Below, in pieces: positions 50,204 through 64,000 of a stretch of DNA of 64,000 bases; the stretch's first letter is position 1, and each line of letters starts with the position of its first letter. A program made the translations under genes and the position numbers. Where the stretch lies: the NCBI RefSeq assembly GCF_009914755.1, contig NC_060937.1; one strand, 5' to 3'. Origin of the DNA: the human T2T-CHM13v2.0 reference genome, Homo sapiens. Below the pieces are notes generated by a model that worked only from the letters and a program-made list of their open reading frames with translations, ran no database searches and was not told where the DNA came from.

Positions 50204-51224
50204 TTCAGCTGTTACAGGATGGGCCTTCCAGGTTAGCAGCGTCAAGATAAAGGATAATTCTCTCTTTTGCTCATGACATTTCCAGCATGAGCTTCCTGGC
50301 TTCCCTGTTCTTAAGTACCCAACTTATTCTCCTGGGCTCTAGAAGAACCTGATCCTGAAAGGCATGAACATCTTAGACAAGTCTCAGCAAGCCGGCACCC
50401 CAGGATGCTCTGCGGGTGAACAACCCTGCTCACTGGACAGGAATAGGACCCTGGGACTGTGCTAAAATGGAATCCGATTTTCACTGGTGGATGCTTGGGG
50501 TTTCAAAGGCTTGTCCAAACTCTGGTGAAATGCCTTTTCTAGAGTTCATTGTAGCAATAAGTACAGAAAATTCTGAATCCCCACAGTGGTTTCCCCTGTG
50601 CTCAGTCAGTTGTTCCTCTATTTTGCTACCTGATAACCATTATTTCCTTCTTTCATGCTTTGGGTCCCTGCAGAAACAGCCATTGACCACATCAGTTACA
50701 TTGCCAATGCCTCCAGAAGACTCCCTCACCGCTGCCTGCTGATTATGCCCACACCGCAGCTGCTGCTGCCCAAAATGACTGTCCCAAAGCTACTAATGTA
50801 CAGGGCACTAATTTGTCTGGAAGGCTGGCTCCATGTTGCAGAGCTCCCAGCAAAGTCTTTCACCCTTGCCAATGCTGCTAGAACAGAGCTGCCACTTTGC
50901 ACTCTTAATATCCAGGCAAATTTTAGTGAATTTCCCCCACTTTCTTTCTTTTTTTTCTTCTGTTATTTACATTCCCACACCATGCCTTTTGGGCAAGGAC
51001 TTCTTAGGAGCTAAGCCAAATATCCAAGTGGCAGACATGGTGTGGTTCTCACAATCCCTTCTCCCTCTCCAACCCTGGACCTGTGTCCTCAAGTCATACT
51101 CTGGCACTTAGGATGAGTCTTTTCATAGGATTCCCCTTGATCCTTCACTCAACCTTAAAGGACTCACCTCTGTTATCCTGCAGACATGTCCAGATCAGCT
51201 GATTCCTAAGTGCACACAACATCT
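50204..51224 (-). pseudogene. Probable large degenerate exon (…LLEPRRISWVLKNREARKLMLEMS…)
   Basis: Non-repeat island with a long, mostly open minus frame ending at donor A|gtgaga (50204). 5' boundary approximate. Confidence 0.4.
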
Positions 51225-51786
51225 CTGGATATATACATATATACGTATATCCTCACAAAGTTAATTACATTTCATATTTCTGTTAGACAGTCAATAACAT
51301 TCTCAATAGGCTTGTTTCCAATATCTTTGAATAATAATAGTTAATATGTATTTATCTCCTCCTATATACCAGGCACCGTATTGTTTTACGACATCATCTC
51401 ATTCAATACTGTCAATATTCCCAGGTGGGAGGTGCTTCTGTTGTCTTCATTTTACAGATGAAGAAACAGATGCCTCAAGACACTAAATACCTACCCAAGA
51501 TCACACACCGAGCATTATAGAGCTGTTTCTAACTCCAGCTGTCTGTCTCCAAAGCCTATAGGGTGCAGCACGTTCCTCTTTCATGACACTGGAAAGATGC
51601 CTATTATTATGGCTATGCATCAAGTCTGCAAGAGGATCTTCTAGATTGTTTAATTTTTTTTAATATTGCTTTTAAATGGGCATCATTGTGTCTACGTTTT
51701 TTCTAGGTTCAGCTTAGTCTAACTTGACTTACGTTCTTTTTCTGAACAACATTTTGTTAAAGAAAATATTTCATAAGGCAACTCAC

Positions 51787-55213
<3,427 letters not shown>

Positions 55214-55325
55214 TTGCGGGGGTGGGCGTCCAGGAGTTGTTCTTGATTTTTACAGCAGACAATGCCTACAATTGTAAATTTCTCTTCTGTTTGAACCAAA
55301 TTGTCTATAAAGTTTAACTAAGATT

Positions 55326-55728
55326 CATATTAGTTTCCTAGGCTGCTGTAATAAAGTACCGCAAGCTAGATGGCTTGAACGACAGAAGTTTACAATCTCA
55401 CAATTCTGGAGTCTGGAAGTCCAAAATCAAGGTGTCAAGAGTTAGTTTCCCTGTGAGGGAAAGATCTCTTAAAGGCCTTTCCCCTTGGCTTGTAGATGGC
55501 CATCTTCTCCTTATTGTTTCTCCCGATGCATGTCTATTTCTGTGTCCAAGTTCCCCCTTTTTATAAGAACACCAGTTATATTGGACCAGAGCTCATCCTA
55601 ATGGCCTCATTTTAACTTGATTCCATCTATAAAAACCCTATCTGTAAATAAAGTCACATTTCCAGGTACTGGGTGTTAAGACTCCAACATGTGTTTTGGG
55701 GGGCAGGGTCACAATTCAACCCATAACA
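55326..55728 (-). mobile_element. MLT1B/C-like solo LTR
   Basis: tattagtttcctaggctgctgtaataaagtacc...cacaattcaacccataaca. Confidence 0.88.
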
Positions 55729-56289
55729 GAATTTAATCTCAGACTCTTCAGAAATGAGATGTCGTGGGGCCCGTAGTGGGGCCATAAAGTATTTTCCTTG
55801 GCATTTAGTCTTGATCATCATGCTTGGTTGAGAACCAACCTTGGGTTGATGAATGAAAACAAGAAAAATCAGCACAGAATGAGGCTGACTCTAGATAGTG
55901 TAGCTTGTAATACTGACTGTTTCTTCTAGCTGAGAGGTACGCTGTATCTCTCCTACACGTGAGACCCCAGGAAGGAAAAGGACAGCTTGCCAGGTGTCCC
56001 CCTCCCGAGTTTCTAGCCCCATTGACTGTGGGCGACATCCCTGCACACTCTGGAGCAGTGCTGAAGTGAGTTTGTATTGTAATCGAAGGAGTTCTGCTGG
56101 TCTGCTGCTTAAGTAGGAAGGTTTGAATTGGTTTCTCTCCTTCTATTCCTCAGATCCCACACTGTAACTACTAGTTTCCAAACTGCTTATGTTTATCTTT
56201 TGAACAGGATATGCTGCACTTCCTCTTTTCTTAGAATGTTTTGCCTTCACATTTTACCTAGTTGGCATGTAAGAGAAAAGTAATTTTTA

Positions 56290-56860
56290 AATATTGTTTC
56301 TAATTTCTAAACAACTGCAAAAAAATTACAATGAATATTTTTACATATGTCTAGTGCATACATGTGAAAATTTAGAAGTGTGAGGTGTGTGCACGTGTGG
56401 GATCATTGGGTGGGAGATTATGTGCATATTCAGTAATACATGTGTCAAAAAGCTCTTCAAAGTGCTTGTGCCAATTTAAACTTCCCAAAGAACTATCTGA
56501 GAGTACCACTGTTCTACATCTTCAATAATACTTAATAATTTTTAAATGTTACCAAATGTTAAATTTTTAAATTCACATGAGTATTAATTATGTATCTTAA
56601 TATGTATTTCCTTAAGTATTCATAAAGTTGAGAACGTTTTCATGCTATTAGCCAGTGGTTTTCTTCTTTTGTAAAGTGTTTATTCATACCCTTCACTCAT
56701 ATACACATGGTATTGTTTGCTTTTTGGTGTTATTCTATAGATGTTATTTGTAAGTTCTGAATACTAATTCTATAGCTATTAAATATCTAACATATATATT
56801 TTTACAGTGTAGTTTGTACACTCTGTTGTGATTTCTATTATATTGTGTTAATAAAACAAA
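56290..56860 (-). mobile_element. Very old L1M fragment
   Basis: cttcaaagtgcttgtgccaattta.acttccca, ttttcttcttttgtaaagtgtttattcata. Confidence 0.55.
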
Positions 56861-58957
56861 ATAGAGAAAAATAATTTTGATATTCATCTGATCTGCTGAT
56901 GTGGGACATGAGGACAGAGGCAGACTCTAGGAGACACCTTTAGTACAGAGATATTCAGGTGCAGATTTATCTGAAATTATTTTCAGTGTTCAAGGACATG
57001 TGTTTTGTGTAATAAGATTCTGAAAGCTCACAAGGAAAAAGATAAGTAAGAAAGATCTTTGACGCCAAGGTGGTGGTAAATGTTGCATTGTTATCTCAGC
57101 TGATAACACTCTTGATGCTTATTATGGGATGTAGGCTATAATGGCAACGGAGTGAGTGAGCAACTGAGTAAATCAGAAAATGCTAAAATGATTTGGAGAT
57201 TATTTTTTGCACACATACGTATGCCCACCTGTGCTTTTAGCAAGGAGAGAGGAGGAGACCAGGACAGTGACAGTGATAACAGAAACCCTTTAGACGTATT
57301 TCCAGGAGATTCATGGCCTGCTGTTAGAATGCACAAAGGTATAATTAAGTCAAAAAAATCTGCTGAGAATCTGCAACCCGGGAGGATCTCTGTTTATTTT
57401 TCCTCCAGGACCCAAGGAGCCATAGTTTTTTGTTTGTAAAACCACAGGATTCAATTGATCAGGTGTTAGTGTCCCTATTACTCTCATTCTTCCATCTTCC
57501 AACCATCCATGGCTGTCAGTCGTTACCCGAAGATACAACCCAGTAAATCCCGATTGGCCAAGAACCAGCCCATGCTTCTTTTTTCTCTCCAGACCTTTCC
57601 ACTTTTATTAAGGCGGCTCATTTTAGAGTCTAGCTTTTCAGAATTGTCTTAGAGAAGGCAATGTGCAGGTTTTAGTCTTCCAGTTGTTTGTTTTAATGCA
57701 GTTAGCTAAAATAAGTACTTCTTTTTCATATAAAATACATATCAACACATAGTCTCCTGTTCAAAAAATGGTTTCTGTATCTATATAGGTATAGTTATAA
57801 TTATTATTGCTTTCTAATAATAATGTAACCATCTTATAAAATATTTGAAAACACTCTGTAGAGTGTGAACTGATTCAGAAAGAGGCATATTGTTCTACTT
57901 TCTTTATCAACAAGGTAAAAATGTTTTGCTATTTACCCAATTTTCCAGCTTTTGATAGCTTTTTCTATCTTCCTATCTATCGAATTTCCCCAGAATCTCT
58001 GATAAGGCATAAGAGTATATAAAAGAGCCATGAGGTATAGAAAAAAATGCAGCGATGAGAAATAGTGATGTGTAACTAGCAGTATGCTAAATCGTGAGGA
58101 TTTTTGTGATGTATTTCTGTAACTGTAATATGTTTATCCATCTTGTTTCCTTACACACATTCTAAGGAAGTTAAGAACTGTAATTTATTATGCATTAAGA
58201 AAATTGCCCATTATGGGTACAAAAAGAATGTACATGCATTTTCTTGTGTACGTTTTTATCTAACCAATAGAAAAGAACCTAATTTTGAAGCGGATTATAT
58301 AATTTACAAATAAACTGTATATTAGATTTCCCTAAGGGGTACTTTTGAAAACAAACTCTGCTCCACTACAGATCCAGACACATAGCCCTGAAGAGGTATT
58401 AAAAAAAATTCAGTCTTAGCATAAGTTGTGATGAGCTGTAAATATTGAACAAAAGTAAAATTTCCAAATATACCAAATGTAGGAAAAGCATCACTAAATT
58501 CACAGAAGGAAAATATGTAAGGAGTTAGGAAAAGAATTAATATGCTCTTTTGAATGTCTTTGAATCAGGGATTGAAGTGGATTATGAATAATCCAGAATA
58601 TTTACCTAGTAAAGGCAAAAAAAAGTTTTAGACCCACAGATTTCCTTGTATTTGGGATCAAATAATGCCCTACTGATTATACAATGATACCCAGTGCATC
58701 TCGTTGCTCAAAGGATCAACACAAGGTTCAAAGAAGTCATATCAAGTGTATGTTTTTAGAAATTGTGAAATCTAATAAAGCCTGAATTCATTACATAACA
58801 GCCTGAATTAGTTACATAATAAAAGTGAGAACAAATTTATAAAACAATTTATGTTTGTTTATATTCTGGATGTAATTCACACTTATATATTCACAACCAA
58901 TACAGTGATAGGATCTTAAGGTTGTAGATGCATACTGTGAAGCCAGTCTCCCCTGAC

Positions 58958-59452
58958 CCCTGCACATGATTCCTAAATCAGGTTACAATAAAATTGATTT
59001 GTAAACTATTTCCATAGTCCACTAATGGCAAATCTGGCATCGTTTGCTTTTTAGTGCTGTCTTTAAAGATACATAGGAGCAAGACACCTCTATGAAATGA
59101 GGTGCTACAAGAAGGAAATTTGGAGCTTGAAGAAAAGAAAGGTCTCCAGAAACTATAGCACGGACAAGACTGAAATTGTTTTAAAAATAGCTAATTCTTA
59201 AAAACTGAATCTAAACTCTGCTTGTGAAATGCTCCTTGGAGCAGTATAACAAGTAAAAGTCCAGTAAGACCACAAAGGTTCCAGCGAACACCACCAGGAA
59301 ACTCCAGTGATAACCCCAAGCTTGTTGAACCTTGGCAGCTCCTGTGAAGGAGATCCCAGTCTACAGGAAGCTCTGCACATAGAATGAGACGGGCTTCACT
59401 GCATCTCTTACTCTTCTTGGGGTCCACTGTGGCTTCTAAACTAAAGGTGCAC
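58958..59452 (-). pseudogene. Exon (CTFSLEATVDPKKSKRCSEARLILCAELPVDWDLLHR...)
   Basis: Acceptor cttacttcag| at 59452. About 160 codons with two stops in one frame. Donor uncertain. Confidence 0.5.
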
Positions 59453-59760
59453 CTGAAGTAAGTTCTATGTGTATTTTGATAGGGATTAATTTAAAATAAA
59501 CTCCAGAAGCATTAAAACAACCAGCACAGAAAGTTTGTCAATATCCCCGTTAATATCTGATTTTAAAGATTCAATTTCTTTTCTATGTTTACAGGCCAAT
59601 TTTTAAATCTCTTTTTTTTTTTTTTTTTTTTTTTTTGAAAAGCAGGTTTCCTACCTTTGGCATGCAGCGTGTTTCTGATTGCCTTTTAGTGGGCATGTGC
59701 TTAGACCTCAAAACTCACTCTATGTGCAGAGCTTCCTGTAGATTGGGATCTCCTTCACAG
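59342..59760. repeat. 47-bp inverted repeat (arms 59342-59388 and 59714-59760), 45/47 identical
   Basis: ctgtgaaggagatcccagtctacaggaagctctgcacatagaatgag versus ctcactctatgtgcagagcttcctgtagattgggatctccttcacag. Confidence 0.95.
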
Positions 59761-59866
59761 AAATGCTGTGTCTCTCTGCGGATGCAGCACACAGGAAGAA
59801 GTCACCCACTCGCTACATACATCGCTAATTAGGACTTCAATAAAATACTGTGTTCACCTTGAGGTC
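59655..59866 (-). pseudogene. 212-nt exon-like block (GPQGEHSILLKS...ETRCMPK)
   Basis: catcttatttag|GA...AAG|gtagga. Start phase 1 matches the upstream donor. End phase does not match the best frame of the next exon. Confidence 0.4.
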
Positions 59867-60180
59867 CTAAATAAGATGTAGCTTCAAAGAATGTATAGTC
59901 AGCCATTTAAGAAAAAGAATCCCAGCGAATAAAACCTAACTTTGTAGCTATTATCTACTGTGGAAGCCTGAAGAAAAATTAAGGATATAAATTATTTTTT
60001 ATGTTATTCTCTGTTCACTGAGATAAATATGAGAGGATAATTAAGTCAGTGAAATTTAAATAGTAACGGGAGGAAGAACAAGTAAGACTTGGAAAGAATA
60101 TATTTGGCTTAATAGTCATGAAACTCAGGGCTTTCAGTCAAAAAGCCATATTTTTGGAGACTATTTAAGAAATAGCTGCG

Positions 60181-60520
<340 letters not shown>

Positions 60521-60761
60521 TCATACACTTATGATCTAAGGAAGAGGATGGACGAGATGACCGGAAGTTATTTCCAACCCTGTATGACAAGTAAGGTTTA
60601 GGTAGAGGTAAAATTTATAAGAAAACATTGTGGAAAATATAAACATATGCAAATGTCCAGCTGGCCCTGGTAACACTCATTAGTATGTTAAATATAAAAC
60701 AAAATCATGCCTTACTATTGCTGATTTATTTTAATGGGACCACTCATGGATGATACATTAC

Positions 60762-61044
60762 CGTAGAAGGTTACAATGGCTTGCTTTGCATGCAAAATTT
60801 AATACACTGTACATTGCCTAGGGAAAATCCAACCACAGTCAATCCCAACTGATTTTGATGTTGACATTATCATGTGAGTGGGTACACTGCACCTGCATAT
60901 TTGAAATGAAGAGGGTTTGCCAAAAGAATCAGTGGATAACTGAACATGCTTTGAACTTTGAGATTGAAAAAGTTTTGAATTGTAGTGTTGCTTCTTTTTT
61001 TGAAGACTCACATATTCAAGCCAAATGTTAACATCATTATTCAT
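60762..61044 (-). pseudogene. Most 5' exon-like block seen (NIWLEYVSLQKKKQHYNSKLF...QAIVTFY)
   Basis: Track ORF 60799-61044 continues past one stop to donor G|gtaatg at 60762. Its 5' end abuts an L2 tail. Confidence 0.4.
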
Positions 61045-61489
61045 TCAACAAGTATTTATTGATATATACTGTGTAGCAAACACATTTGTAGTGCTGGAGA
61101 TTCAATGGTGAACAAACCAGGAAAAAAAAAATCCTTATTTTAGACTTACAGTTTAATTGGGAACTTGAATAACTGTGTGAGAAAATACATCCAATAAATA
61201 AGTAAACTAATAACATTTAATAACATTTTAGAATGAAGGAAATGAACAAGGAGATTTGATAGAGAGCAGTTGGGTGGGATTGAGGTAGGTGGAGTCAGAG
61301 GTTACCAGATACTATGGTTATGTCTGTCCTAGACCAGAAATCAGAAGGGCTAGATATTCACCCAACTTCTGCCACCAATCCAGCTGACTGGCCTTCGAAA
61401 AGGGACATCTGTAGACCGAGCTGGTCATTTAGACTACATAATTCCAGGAGCTTTTTACAGCCCATGGTAGGCAGAATGGACCCTCTAAA

Positions 61490-61697
61490 GCAGCAGTCCC
61501 CAACCTTTTTGGCACCAAGCACTGGTTTCATGGAAGACAGTTTTTCCACAGACCAGGAGAGCAGGATGGTTTCAAGATGATTCAAGCACATCCCATTTAT
61601 TGTGCACTTTATTTCTATTATTATTACACTGTAACACATAATGAAATAATTATACAACTTGTCACAACATAGAATCAGTAGTAGCCCTGAGCTTATT
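61490..61697. mobile_element. MER1-like hAT element, interrupted by the L1PA
   Basis: cagcagtccccaacctttttggcacca.g.actggtttcatggaagaca.tttttccac. Confidence 0.8.

Positions 61698-64000
<2,303 letters not shown>

Noticed and set aside
61039-61060. ATG at 61044 as the start codon of the fossil gene
   Set aside because: It lies in an (ATTC)n L2 tail, so it is probably repeat-derived; the true 5' end is unresolved.

Overview
Repeat-rich mammalian DNA, almost certainly human (Alu, L1, L2, MIR, MLT1, Tigger/MER and one SVA). No intact protein-coding gene is visible; most entries in the ORF track come from Alu, L1 or SVA sequence, or are noise. Main observation: by hand-splicing the minus strand I find what looks like a long-dead multi-exon protein-coding gene spanning about 61.0 kb down to 16.3 kb. 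About 20 exon-like blocks are bounded by AG/GT sites. In the best-resolved part (43090 to 16323) the codon phases mostly chain from exon to exon. The frames carry scattered nonsense codons, a few frameshifts and transposon insertions inside exons. I cannot name the protein. Other notable items: an SVA_F1 carrying MAST2 exon-1 sequence (7830-9853) with a clean TSD; a 47-bp near-perfect inverted repeat (59342-59388 / 59714-59760) straddling overlapping introns predicted on both strands; a CpG-enriched promoter-like patch at about 49.5-49.8 kb that may drive an antisense plus-strand RNA; and an internal duplication of ex-coding sequence (about 52.9-55.2 kb). All exon models are manual and have not been checked by alignment. 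Repeat subfamily labels are from memory of consensus sequences.
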